64,000 nt of DNA, taken from positions 501,646 to 565,645 of the forward strand of contig CAWINB010000001.1 of the NCBI GenBank assembly GCA_963837465.1, written 5' to 3'. The DNA comes from Candidatus Doudnabacteria bacterium. Its GTDB lineage: Bacteria; Patescibacteriota; Doudnabacteria; UBA920. Made by a program: the position numbers and the translations under genes. A model generated the notes under the pieces. That model searched no databases and had not been told where the DNA came from. It was given only the letters and a program-made list of their open reading frames with translations. The first letter of the stretch is position 1, and every line of letters starts with the position of its first letter. Below, one piece after another: positions 46,496-56,444 of the stretch.

Positions 46496-48277
46496 ATGGA
46501 AAATGGTAACAAAAAAATTAAATATTTCCTTTATTGCCGAAAAAGTTCCGAGGCCGAGGATCGGCAAGTCGCTTCCATCGAAGCGCAGATTGACGAGTTG
46601 GAAAAACTTGCCCAAAATTTGAAACTGGAAATTGTCGACATTATTAGGGAAACCAAATCAGCCAAAGCCCCTGGCAGGCAACTATTCAATAGCATGATCG
46701 CACGGATTGATAAAGGCGAAGCCCAGGGAATAATTTGTTGGAAACTTGACCGCCTGTCCAGAAATCCTGTTGACGGAGGTTTAATAAGCTGGATGCTCCA
46801 GCAAAACACAATAAGACACATTCAAACGTATGGTGGCAGTTACTATCCGACTGATAATGTCGTAGTTATTGCCGTCGAACTTGGTGTCGCCAACCAGTAC
46901 GTGCGGGACTTGTCAGTAAACGTTAAGCGCGGTTTTAGGAAAAAACTACAGGACGGAAATCCGACAGGGATGGTTCCCCAAGGTTACTTAAATAGTATGA
47001 CCTTGGAGCGAGGGTCCAACATAACTCTCAAAGATCACGAGCGCTTCCCGTTGGTGCGCCGGATGTGGAGCATGATGCTCAGCGGCAATTATAATCCGCA
47101 AGAGATTCTAAAGATTGCAAATGGCGAATGGGGCTACAAAACACTGAAGCGAAAGAAACTCGGCGGCAAAGCGCTGTCACGCAGCTCCATTTACCAAATG
47201 TTCACAAACCCTTTTTATTACGGCTTTTTACTGGAACACAAAACCGGCGAGTTACACCAGGGTAGCCACGAGCCGATGGTCAGCAAAGAGGAATTCGACA
47301 AGGTGCAGATCTTATTAGGCAGCAAGGGAATGAAACGCGCTCCGCACACTAAGCAATTTGCCCATACCGCCCAAATTGGATGTGGCACCTGTGGCTGCCA
47401 AATTTGCGCCCATGAAAAGTTTCAGATTATTTGCAGCGTTTGTAAATTTAAATACGCCTATAACCTAGATATCCATCCTTGTTGTCCCAACTGCAAAACC
47501 AAAGTTAAGGATATGAAAAAACCAAAGATCCTGCACTACGTTTATTACGGCTGTAGCCGGCGCAAAAATACCGAAACCTTTTGTTGTGCGGAACGCTCAA
47601 TTCAACAGGAAGAGCTGGAGGGGCAAATTAAAAAATATTTGTCGACAATAACCATCAGACAGGAATACGTGGATTGGGCACTGAAGCATTTAGAGGAATC
47701 AAAAAGCGATAAGGCCCAAACTAAAGTGTCCATAGCGGAGTCACTGGAAAAGGCTTTGGCTGATGTTGAAAAAAGATTGGACGGCCTAGTAGAGATGAGG
47801 TCGTTAAAAGAGCTTAGCCAAGAGGAATTCCTCGCGAGAAAACAGCCGCTGGATGCCGAACGGCAGCGAATCAGGGACTTAGTGGCAAAACAAAAGAAGA
47901 GCGGACAGAATGGCAATTTTCAAACGACAAAGGCGCTGACGTTCGCCGAGCGGGCGCTGCGGGAGTACGATAAAGGCGACCTTAACAAGAAACGGGCTAT
48001 AGTTGCCGAGTTAGGTTCGAACCTAACTTTATCCGCCAAAAACCTTAGTGTTTCCGCCGAAGAACCGTTCCAAATCCTAGTTGAGGCGACAAAGTGTATA
48101 GCCGACTTAAACCCTACGTTCGAACCTGCAATTCAAGCTGTGAATAAAAGAGAAAAGCACGCTTTAGGCGTGCTTAATCCCACTTGGCTCAGCGGCTGGA
48201 TTGCGGTCGCCCCTTTGGGCAACTTTCGGAGGCTTTTTGGAGGCCTGCGCTGGGCACTCGGGTCAGAGGTTTTTTGA
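46496..48277 (+). CDS. Large serine recombinase B
   Basis: YCRKSSE, SIEAQ, LDRLSRN, CGTCG Zn ribbon with an extra CxxC..CPNC insert, coiled coil. Confidence 0.93.
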   Translation: MENGNKKIKYFLYCRKSSEAEDRQVASIEAQIDELEKLAQNLKLEIVDIIRETKSAKAPGRQLFNSMIARIDKGEAQGIICWKLDRLSRNPVDGGLISWMLQQNTIRHIQTYGGSYYPTDNVVVIAVELGVANQYVRDLSVNVKRGFRKKLQDGNPTGMVPQGYLNSMTLERGSNITLKDHERFPLVRRMWSMMLSGNYNPQEILKIANGEWGYKTLKRKKLGGKALSRSSIYQMFTNPFYYGFLLEHKTGELHQGSHEPMVSKEEFDKVQILLGSKGMKRAPHTKQFAHTAQIGCGTCGCQICAHEKFQIICSVCKFKYAYNLDIHPCCPNCKTKVKDMKKPKILHYVYYGCSRRKNTETFCCAERSIQQEELEGQIKKYLSTITIRQEYVDWALKHLEESKSDKAQTKVSIAESLEKALADVEKRLDGLVEMRSLKELSQEEFLARKQPLDAERQRIRDLVAKQKKSGQNGNFQTTKALTFAERALREYDKGDLNKKRAIVAELGSNLTLSAKNLSVSAEEPFQILVEATKCIADLNPTFEPAIQAVNKREKHALGVLNPTWLSGWIAVAPLGNFRRLFGGLRWALGSEVF

Positions 48278-48514
48278 AGGGATTTTGGACAGGAAAATAG
48301 ACATAAATAGACAGTACAGTGGCCCTGTGTTTGTATGTCTATTTATAACCAATTTTAGGCTTATTTATAAGGAAAATTGGACTTAGACTGTGTCTATTTC
48401 ACGTCTAAAGATTTTTTGCTACTGCCACAGTCCCCCAATTAGGCCCTTAAGGTTAGGTTAAGTTTATCTACTCTATATTTTCTGTTATAATAAAGAAAAA
48501 TAAATCTTTTCTTT

Positions 48515-51172
48515 ATGAGTTCTGAACAAAGGGATGGTCAACATCCTATGTTCGATAAAATAGAGCGGGCCGCAGTAGTCGAAGAGCCTCATCCCAAGCC
48601 TGAAGTTCAAGGCAATCCTGAAGCCAGGGCGGAAGAGCTTTTTGCTTTATGGCAGGATTTTCGCCGCGCTAGCATCGACTCACATATTAAACGTCGTAAG
48701 TATAAAAAAGAGCATCCGACGGAAGAATTTAATGACCCAAACGGCGACAAATTAAACAAAGTTCGCTCGGCTCTTTCGGAACGCTGGAGCGACCCCGCTG
48801 TCCAGGCTCTATTTAAAAAAAGAGTCGGCGAAGCAGCTGTGGAATGGGGCAAAATTAAGAAGCCGTTAAAGGAATACAAAACTATCCAAAGCGGCCTGCA
48901 AGCCTCTCAAGCAGACTTAGAAAAACTATACCGGGAAGTTTTTGAACACCGGGGCAAAGACCCGGATGAGTTAACGCAGATCCAGATTGCCGAACTTTCC
49001 GCCCAAGCTGACTCCCAAAAAAACCAAGTCGAAGCAATGGAACAAAGCAGCCCGGAATTGTCGGCGCAGCTTTCTTTTGAACGGTTAAAAGATTATCAAA
49101 AACAATTGTCGCGGGACGGTTTTATCTGGACGGCATCACGGGAAAAATATTTTGAAAAAATTATTGACCATTTGGTTGTAGTAAACCAAAATCGGCCCCT
49201 GCTTTTAGCCGGGGAAACCGGCACCGGCAAAACCCGATTGGCGCGTGCCGTATCCAAAAGGCTTACCGGCAAAAATCCCTATGAAGTCGGTGAAGAAGCC
49301 AAGACGGATATTCGCCCCTTATTAGGTTCACGGGCGATTGATGAAAAAGGTTCTTATATCAATTACGGCCAACTGGGACAGGCCCTAAGCGGCAAAGAAA
49401 CTTCGCGGGATACCAAACCCGGAGCCGGCGGTATTTTTTATATGGACGAAATGAACGGCTATCCGGGCGACGCCTTGCGTTCACTGGTTAAGCAGATTTC
49501 CGGCAGAAGGCCCGGGGAAGAAATCACTTTTGCGGCCTGGGCCGGACAGAAAGAAAAGCTGTCGCAGGATTTTGGTTTTTTAGGCTCGGCTAATTTGCCT
49601 TCCGAAAAGCATCCTGACCGCGCTGATTTGCCTGTTGAAGTTGCCCGCGAACTGGGGTCTCTTGAAATTGATTATCCTCCGCAGTCGGCCGAAGACCCTG
49701 AACTCTACGAAATGATGTTGGCTGGTTTGATGGATCAAAACGGCAGAATTCGCGTGCCGCAGGAAGCCTTGGCCCCTGAATACGAAGATGTCGTTGATGC
49801 GGCCACCAAAGAAAAACATAAGCGATTAAAAACCGAACCCGAATCCGGCGGCGCATTGTGGCGGTTTGCCAACTTGGTTGCCGATGTTCAAAAAAGCTAT
49901 AAAGGCCAGGACAATGCCTTAACGTCAACTTTAAGGGACGCATCTCATTTGCGGGCGGCGGTTTTGGATCCCGGCTTGGTGCTGTCGTGGCTGGCGGCTT
50001 ACAGAAAAGCGGCAATGCGTCGTAATGTTGATTTGCAGACATTCTTGGGTGAAAAACTGGAAACCTGGGCGGGACAGAAAATTTATCCCGAGGAAGACAG
50101 AAATTTGCTTAAACAATTCGTTGTTAAATTTAACCTTGAAACTCCCGACCGTCCGGTTAACCATAAACAAACAATTTTATCCCCGGCGGAAATAGGCAGG
50201 CTGTCGCCGCGCGTGCCCAGGGAAGCCCAAATCATGGAAAACGAGGCACGCCCTACCGAAGCCATGGCAATTTTGGAAAATGGCACCCAGGTTTTGTACA
50301 ACCTGGAAAGCAAGAACCCGGCAAGCGGCAGCCGTGTCGTGAAAAAGGGCGATCGCAGCCGCCAGACTTTTGTGTTTAAAGGTTTTGTTATAGGAGAGCC
50401 GCGGGATCATGCTTTAATAGAAAGCTCCACCGGCAAGCTGGAAACCGTCAGCCCTTCTGACTTTGCAAGGAATTGGGAAGCCGCCTCTTTAGGTTTCAGT
50501 GAAAAATTTGAAGGGCGGGAAATTAAACTGGATGTGCTGGAAGCCAGGGCGAAATCCGAGAAGTTTTATAAAGAACATAATTTAAGCGAATTTGCGGCCA
50601 ACTTACCCAAAGATATCAGGTTCTCCCCGGATAGCGAAGCCAAGATCAGGGAAGCTTTAAAAATGGGTTTTGACAGGGCTATGGTTTTACCCGCAACTTC
50701 GGTTCAGGGCCAGTATCAAGACAAGCTGTTGACTGAAATGCAGGCTGGCTACGCCACTGCCGACCAATTCTGGTCTGAAAAACCTAAAACCGTGGCTACT
50801 CGAAACCGTCCGGCTAAAGCCTACCTGTTTCTTTACAGCAGCGGAGCGATACCGCAGGAAACCAAAAATTTAAACCAGACTCAAACCGAAGCGCTATTCC
50901 GCCAAAAACACTGGAATGGCTTAACACTGGCCGAATTCCGCCTGACCGAGCGGCTGCATTTTGAAGCTGACGGAAACCACAATTTCCATAGCTGGAATAA
51001 CGACGCCAAGCTTTCGAACTGGACTAGGCTTTTAGATAGCGCTGATGCTTCTGGTGCCGCGGCTGCCCGCTGGAATCCGGACAATTCGCGCGTCTATTTC
51101 TACTGGCGCGATCCGGCGTCTGTCCATCCGAGGTTGGGCGCCCGTCCCGCGGTCGTTGTAGAAATCCTTTAG
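48515..51172 (+). CDS. DGR target protein: AAA+ (MoxR/dynein-related) ATPase with C-terminal variable (CLec-like) domain
   Basis: GETGTGKT, YMDEMN; the 3' end contains the VR. Confidence 0.9.
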   Translation: MSSEQRDGQHPMFDKIERAAVVEEPHPKPEVQGNPEARAEELFALWQDFRRASIDSHIKRRKYKKEHPTEEFNDPNGDKLNKVRSALSERWSDPAVQALFKKRVGEAAVEWGKIKKPLKEYKTIQSGLQASQADLEKLYREVFEHRGKDPDELTQIQIAELSAQADSQKNQVEAMEQSSPELSAQLSFERLKDYQKQLSRDGFIWTASREKYFEKIIDHLVVVNQNRPLLLAGETGTGKTRLARAVSKRLTGKNPYEVGEEAKTDIRPLLGSRAIDEKGSYINYGQLGQALSGKETSRDTKPGAGGIFYMDEMNGYPGDALRSLVKQISGRRPGEEITFAAWAGQKEKLSQDFGFLGSANLPSEKHPDRADLPVEVARELGSLEIDYPPQSAEDPELYEMMLAGLMDQNGRIRVPQEALAPEYEDVVDAATKEKHKRLKTEPESGGALWRFANLVADVQKSYKGQDNALTSTLRDASHLRAAVLDPGLVLSWLAAYRKAAMRRNVDLQTFLGEKLETWAGQKIYPEEDRNLLKQFVVKFNLETPDRPVNHKQTILSPAEIGRLSPRVPREAQIMENEARPTEAMAILENGTQVLYNLESKNPASGSRVVKKGDRSRQTFVFKGFVIGEPRDHALIESSTGKLETVSPSDFARNWEAASLGFSEKFEGREIKLDVLEARAKSEKFYKEHNLSEFAANLPKDIRFSPDSEAKIREALKMGFDRAMVLPATSVQGQYQDKLLTEMQAGYATADQFWSEKPKTVATRNRPAKAYLFLYSSGAIPQETKNLNQTQTEALFRQKHWNGLTLAEFRLTERLHFEADGNHNFHSWNNDAKLSNWTRLLDSADASGAAAARWNPDNSRVYFYWRDPASVHPRLGARPAVVVEIL
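51048..51159 (+). repeat. DGR variable repeat (VR)
   Basis: 112-bp match to TR; 14 mismatches, 13 at TR adenines. Confidence 0.97.
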
Positions 51173-51411
51173 TCTTTGTATTTTAATGTTTTCTTTTTTT
51201 ATTTTTGTTTTTATCCTCGAAAATTTTTTATTTTAACCTTTCGGCTAATGAAACCACTCTGCAAAGAGATTGGTTCGCCGACTCTCAATCCATAAACGGA
51301 TTGAACAAGACAGTAAACAACGACGTTCCTTGTGAGAATACCGGTCAGGGATAGCTCCGCGGAGTGTCCCGCGCGTTATGGATGGATCAAGGAATACGGG
51401 GCGGGTGGGCC

Positions 51412-51523
51412 CTTCTGGTGCCGCTAATGCCAACTGGAATCCGGACAATTCGCGCGTCAATTTCAACTGGAACGATCCGGCGAATGTCAATCCGAAGTTG
51501 GGCACCCGTCCCGCGGTCGTTGT
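51412..51523 (+). ncRNA. DGR template repeat (TR)
   Basis: AAT/AAC-rich copy of the VR. Confidence 0.97.
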
Positions 51524-51534
51524 GGGCATAGGGG

Positions 51535-51903
51535 TTATCTGTTACCCGGCTGGTTGCGGATGTATTTGATCCAACCGCTGAGCATTTTGCTTATCTCCTC
51601 CAAATTGGCCATCAGCTGGTAAAATTGGGTGTTGACGATAATGTTGTTTTCACAACACAGCCGTACCAGCAATTTGCATAACTCGCATTTGGAATAAGCT
51701 TTCAGCAGGCCGCTTTCCCGGAGCGGCAGGGGCATGGCATTGGCCTCAAAAATATATTCCAGTATGGCTAAAAGGGAACGATCCAGCACCTGGCCCAAAG
51801 TATAACGCAACGGTTTGGGAAAGTCGGCCAGCAGGGGCAAAAGGATTTGATAGGTTTTATAAGTTTTAACCACCACCGGCGGTTCAAAGGAAGTTTGGGT
51901 CAT
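51535..51903 (-). CDS. avd: DGR accessory variability determinant (four-helix bundle)
   Basis: FPKPLRYTLG..LLVRL..EISKMLSGWIK; lies between TR and RT. Confidence 0.85.
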   Translation of the reverse strand: MTQTSFEPPVVVKTYKTYQILLPLLADFPKPLRYTLGQVLDRSLLAILEYIFEANAMPLPLRESGLLKAYSKCELCKLLVRLCCENNIIVNTQFYQLMANLEEISKMLSGWIKYIRNQPGNR

Positions 51904-52902
51904 ATGGACTTATTGCCTTTTAATAAATTTGCAAAAGTTGAAAATCTTTATGATGCTTGGGATCGCTTCACGCCCGGCAAACGGGAGCGCCCGGATGTGG
52001 TGGCCTTTGAGCGCCGCTTGGAAAACCAACTGCAACAGCTTTCGGAGGATTTAAGCGGCGGGCTTTATGTGCACGGGGACTATAAAAGTTTTTTTGTGCG
52101 CGACCCGAAGTTCAGGATTATACACAAAGCCAAAGTCAGAGACCGGGTTGTGCATCAGGCGCTTTACAGCGTACTCTACCGGCTGTTTGACCGGCGGTTC
52201 TATTTTGATTCGTATTCGTCCAGGGTTGGCAAAGGTACCCAGGCGGCGGTGCTCCGAGTCTGGGAATTTATTCGAAAGGAAAGCAGTAATTTTAACCAGC
52301 AGGCTTATGTTTTGCATGGCGATGTTGATGATTTTTTTGCCAGCGTTGACCACCAGATTTTATTAACGTTTATCCGCAAACGCCTTAAAGAGCCAAATTA
52401 TTTGCGGCTTTGCACGACCATAATTGACAGTTTCCATGTCACCCCGGGCAAAGGAGTGCCGCTGGGCAATTTGACCTCGCAGATTTTCGCCAATATTTAT
52501 CTGCACGAATTGGATTACTTTGTGAAGCAGACTTTGGGCGTGGAAAAGTATGTCAGGTACAACGACGACTTTTATTTAGTCAGCAAAGATAAATCCGAAC
52601 TTTCCGGCTTGAGCCTGACCATCAGGCGGTTTTTAGCTGAAAAGTTAACGCTGTCTTTGCCGGAGGAAAAAACAATACTCAGAAGCCTAAACAACGGCGT
52701 GGATATTTTGGGGGTGGTGGCTTTTCCTTACGGGCTGGTGCCAAGAAAAAGAGTCAGGACGGCGGTTTTGGAAGTGGCTGCGCAAGCCCGAAAAACAGGA
52801 TATAATAGCTATGTGGTCAAACAGCTGAATTCATATATTGGTTTGCTGGGAATTTCCAAGAGTTTTTTACTGAAAGAACGCTTGCGTTTAAGCATCGGTT
52901 AA
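51904..52902 (+). CDS. DGR reverse transcriptase
   Basis: VRDRVVHQA, SYSSRVGKG, GVPLGNLTSQIFANIYL, YVRYNDDF. Confidence 0.95.
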   Translation: MDLLPFNKFAKVENLYDAWDRFTPGKRERPDVVAFERRLENQLQQLSEDLSGGLYVHGDYKSFFVRDPKFRIIHKAKVRDRVVHQALYSVLYRLFDRRFYFDSYSSRVGKGTQAAVLRVWEFIRKESSNFNQQAYVLHGDVDDFFASVDHQILLTFIRKRLKEPNYLRLCTTIIDSFHVTPGKGVPLGNLTSQIFANIYLHELDYFVKQTLGVEKYVRYNDDFYLVSKDKSELSGLSLTIRRFLAEKLTLSLPEEKTILRSLNNGVDILGVVAFPYGLVPRKRVRTAVLEVAAQARKTGYNSYVVKQLNSYIGLLGISKSFLLKERLRLSIG

Positions 52903-52914
52903 TTATTTTAGTTT

Positions 52915-55491
52915 ATGGGTCCAGAAACAAGAAATTTTGAGCAGCCGGAGGCAGGAAATTTTGACGCTAAAGCCGCTTTGCAGAAAGCGCGAGGCCGACT
53001 TATCGGGCAGGCTTTAAAATCGCGCGAAGGTATTGCCGGTCTTAAGGCTTGGCGGTCTTTATCTAACAGAAGCAAAGGGGTACGGCAGGCCAGAACTGTG
53101 TTTGAAAACCTTTCGGCTTACGACTTAGCCGTTTCCGGCAACCCCGAGCAAGCCGGGGCGTTTGGCGCGGAGATGGCCAACAAAACAAGTTTGGGAAGCG
53201 GCAGAGTACAGGAACTCCTGTCCTGCTTTGAAGCCAAGCAATTGGGAGCGACATTGCCGGAAGTCCGGCCTGAAGTCCGGCAAATTTTCCAGAATGTTTT
53301 AAAGAGCAGGTCCACGGAGGGCGAGGTTGACGTCGCCCAAGTCATGTCTTCGGCCAACGTGTCTTTAGGCGGCAAGTTCCAGTGGTTTGAATCCCGCTTG
53401 GCTTCGGCCATAGATTTTTTGGAGCGCAAGGATTTGGAAGAGGCCAGAGCCGAAGCTGAAAAGCCAATACCTCCGGAAATCCAAGAACAGAAAGAGCAGA
53501 GCCCACAAAGCAATCTGCCTCCGCCTCAGGAAGACAGCCTGACGCCCAGTATGGACGAGATGGAAACCTCAAAGGAAAACGAGCCCGGAGCATATTTTAA
53601 AGTGCGGCCTTTTTACGGCGGCTATTATCGCGGCGATGATTTTGACATATGGGACGAGAAGGTCATGAAGTGGAAAAAGTCGGCAAGTATGCTCTCTGAA
53701 TTTACCAGCCCTGCCATAGAAGAGAAAAGTCGTAAGGTCTTTTCCGGCAGCGTCCAAGGCGGCAGACGCACGGTATTGCCCATGCCTTATGGTTTTGCGC
53801 CGGATGTTTCCAGTCTGCGGACCCAGGGCAACGAGACTGTAACCATATTGGCTGACGGACACGGCAGTTTTGTTGTTGACGCTGCCAGAGCTTCGGGAGT
53901 GATTACCTTTTCTCTGGAAATAGCAAAAACCCAAGAAAGTTTAAGGGAAGCAGCGCGGGCAAAATCCAAAGCCGCGACTTATAAATTTTCTCCCGGTACT
54001 GATGCTAAACTTGCAGAGATAACTCAAGGCAAACATTCCATTATGGATCAGGCGCGCTCTGCTAAGGCTTATGTTAAGAAGCTCTTAAAATATTCCAATG
54101 ATTCAAGCTTTAACAACATATACAGAACTGGCGATCCGGCAGGTTATTTTTCAAGAATTGAACAGCACGAAGAGGCTGACTGCGATGTGGCCAACACTTA
54201 TTTCGTGGCTTTGCTGCGGCGTCTTGGAATGGAGGCAAGATTAGTTTCCGGCCATTACGTCAAAGTTAAGGATAAGCAGAATGCGGCGGTTATTTCTTCG
54301 GGTACCGGCCACGCTTGGGCGGAAGTTTGGGATGGGCGGGCTTGGCAGCGCCTTGATGCCACGCCGCCGGGCGATCCTAATATGGACGATGAGGAAATAG
54401 ACGAGCAAAGCTCTGACGCGGCTATGGAAGGCGACTTTGGCGAACAGGAGGCTCCGGAGTTAAGCGATGAGGAATTGGAGCAATTAATCACTGAAGCCCA
54501 AGAAGCTTTGGAAAAGAAGGAACGGGAACCGGAAGAATTAGCGGCTTTAAACTTTGCCGAACAAGCGGGTTGCAGCCCTGAAGAAGCCAAGCAGATACTA
54601 AAACGTATTACTGAAGCGCGAGAGAAGAGGGACAAACAGGGAAGGAATATCAGGGCAAGATTATTGGCTGAATGGCAAAAAATAATCCAGGATAATTTGA
54701 TTGACAGAACCCGCTACACCGCGCCTATACGAATGTCCAGAGGGGAAGAATTGGTTGACCCGGTGGAAACGGTATTGGACTTGCGCGCCGGTGAAGCTGA
54801 TCCGACCGGTTTTTCCAAGCATGAACGTAAGACTGAAAAGGAACAGATTTACGGCGGCTTTGACGCTTTTCTGGTAGTGGACAAAAGCGGCTCTATGGCA
54901 GAAACTGACGGCTCAAGCGGCAGGCCAAAGTGGGAAGACCAGCAGGTCTTTAGCTTTTTGCTGATGGATTCAATGTACGCCGCCGCGCAGGAATTTAAGC
55001 GGCAGAAAATAAAGCTGATTTCGCCGATGGATGTCAGGGTGGCTTTAGTCAGTTTTAACGCCGGGGGCGGCAGGGTTGAATTGCCGCTGGGCACCGCTTG
55101 GGGGCCTAAGGAACAACTGCAAGTTTGGAAAGCATTGCAGGAGAATGTGGGCGGAGGCACCCCGGATCATTTGGGCTTACAAACCGTTAAGAAGATGATT
55201 GAGCAAGATGCCGTTAACTTGCAACAAAGTAAACAGCGGCTTCGTTTGGTATTGGTATCCGCCGATGGCGGCAGCGACAGCGTACCCGCCACTATCTCGG
55301 CCAAGGAAGACTTAAAGTCAGCGGGCGTGGTGGTGAAAGCCGCGGGTATCGGTTCCGGTGCCAGCCAGGTAATTGCCACTTATACGCCGGACGGCAGCAA
55401 TTTGGCCAGCTTTGCCGATGCTCCGGATTGGGCGGCCGAAGAAATCATTACTCAGGCCAAACTTTTAAATCCGAAAAAAGTTAAAAGGTAA
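52915..55491 (+). CDS. Transglutaminase-like domain + vWA domain protein
   Basis: ADCDVAN / GHAWAEVW / LDATP triad; VDKSGSM, GGTP, SADG MIDAS. Confidence 0.88.
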   Translation: MGPETRNFEQPEAGNFDAKAALQKARGRLIGQALKSREGIAGLKAWRSLSNRSKGVRQARTVFENLSAYDLAVSGNPEQAGAFGAEMANKTSLGSGRVQELLSCFEAKQLGATLPEVRPEVRQIFQNVLKSRSTEGEVDVAQVMSSANVSLGGKFQWFESRLASAIDFLERKDLEEARAEAEKPIPPEIQEQKEQSPQSNLPPPQEDSLTPSMDEMETSKENEPGAYFKVRPFYGGYYRGDDFDIWDEKVMKWKKSASMLSEFTSPAIEEKSRKVFSGSVQGGRRTVLPMPYGFAPDVSSLRTQGNETVTILADGHGSFVVDAARASGVITFSLEIAKTQESLREAARAKSKAATYKFSPGTDAKLAEITQGKHSIMDQARSAKAYVKKLLKYSNDSSFNNIYRTGDPAGYFSRIEQHEEADCDVANTYFVALLRRLGMEARLVSGHYVKVKDKQNAAVISSGTGHAWAEVWDGRAWQRLDATPPGDPNMDDEEIDEQSSDAAMEGDFGEQEAPELSDEELEQLITEAQEALEKKEREPEELAALNFAEQAGCSPEEAKQILKRITEAREKRDKQGRNIRARLLAEWQKIIQDNLIDRTRYTAPIRMSRGEELVDPVETVLDLRAGEADPTGFSKHERKTEKEQIYGGFDAFLVVDKSGSMAETDGSSGRPKWEDQQVFSFLLMDSMYAAAQEFKRQKIKLISPMDVRVALVSFNAGGGRVELPLGTAWGPKEQLQVWKALQENVGGGTPDHLGLQTVKKMIEQDAVNLQQSKQRLRLVLVSADGGSDSVPATISAKEDLKSAGVVVKAAGIGSGASQVIATYTPDGSNLASFADAPDWAAEEIITQAKLLNPKKVKR

Positions 55492-55624
55492 AAGGTAAAA
55501 CAAAAAATCGCTATGGAAAATTTTCAAACATAGCCTTGCAAAGTTTTTTATTTCTATGATTGTAAGGGAAAGATGCTTGAGGGGAACCCTTAAAACACTT
55601 ACAGCCATTTTTATTTGATTTCAT

Positions 55625-55771
55625 TGTCGCTGAGGTTTTGCCGGTAGGTGGAGATACAAAAAGGGTCCCCCACCTACCGGCGGCAACCTTTCGGATGCCG
55701 TCCACCTGTCCTTGCGAACAGGCACCTCAGCGACGAGTGGCGGTTGGGAGACCGTCTTTATGTCGCTGAGG
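55625..55771 (-). ncRNA. Cloverleaf-like structured element with a competing repeat
   Basis: GTCGCTGAGG occurs twice direct and once inverted; three inner hairpins; GCAA and GAAA loops on the minus strand. Confidence 0.55.
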
Positions 55772-56160
55772 ATGAAGCCATATCCGAAATTAGATTTCGG
55801 GGTTAGGCGATGGTGAAATGTGCTTATATTATATATAAATTTTGCGGGTTAGGCAACGAGATTGGTTGTATTAAAAATTACCAGAATTGGTAGTGCTTCC
55901 GTTGGACGACTGTGCCAGTGTTACGGACTTAAGTAGTATTTTAACATTCAATAGTGATACCTAAGCGGCGCCAAAAAAATTTAGCAATTATTGACTGTGG
56001 AATTTAAACTCTGGCTATGCCCACGATTCCTTAAATGCCCTGTAGGTCTTAGTGTTCAACCTTATTGCCCTAATCCTGTGAATTGCCAGTTTGAGGTATC
56101 ATCTGGCCTAAGGCAACGGGCTTACTTCAGGTATCATGTGGGATGGCACAAGTCTTAAGT

Positions 56161-56394
56161 TTGACAGTCAAATTAAAAAGAGTTACTATATTTATATACA
56201 GCCATCGTGAACTAGAAAGTGTATGGTTTAGGTTTTCCAAAAGAGTCCCGGAGTCGAAACCTCTTCGGGAAAATTCGGCCATATTGCTCTAAAACGGAAA
56301 ATAATAAAAAATAAAATATCCAATTAATATTTAAAGTTTGATGGATTAATAAAACTTAATAAGACCATCCAATCAGAATGGACGGCAGTTTTTT
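56161..56394 (+). promoter_or_regulatory. Promoter and conserved structured leader of terminase module 3
   Basis: TTGACA-17-TACTAT; same architecture as 5262-5483. Confidence 0.6.
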
Positions 56395-56444
56395 GCTATG
56401 CGGAAAACTAAAACAATCAAGTATCAAAATTAAAGTTATAACCC

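Noticed and set aside
51378-51569. 63-aa ORF across the TR
   Set aside because: Open frame inherited from the TR/VR relationship; the TR functions as RNA
51904-52902. Group II intron or retron RT
   Set aside because: GNLTSQ motif, short length, adjacent avd and the TR/VR pair identify a DGR RT
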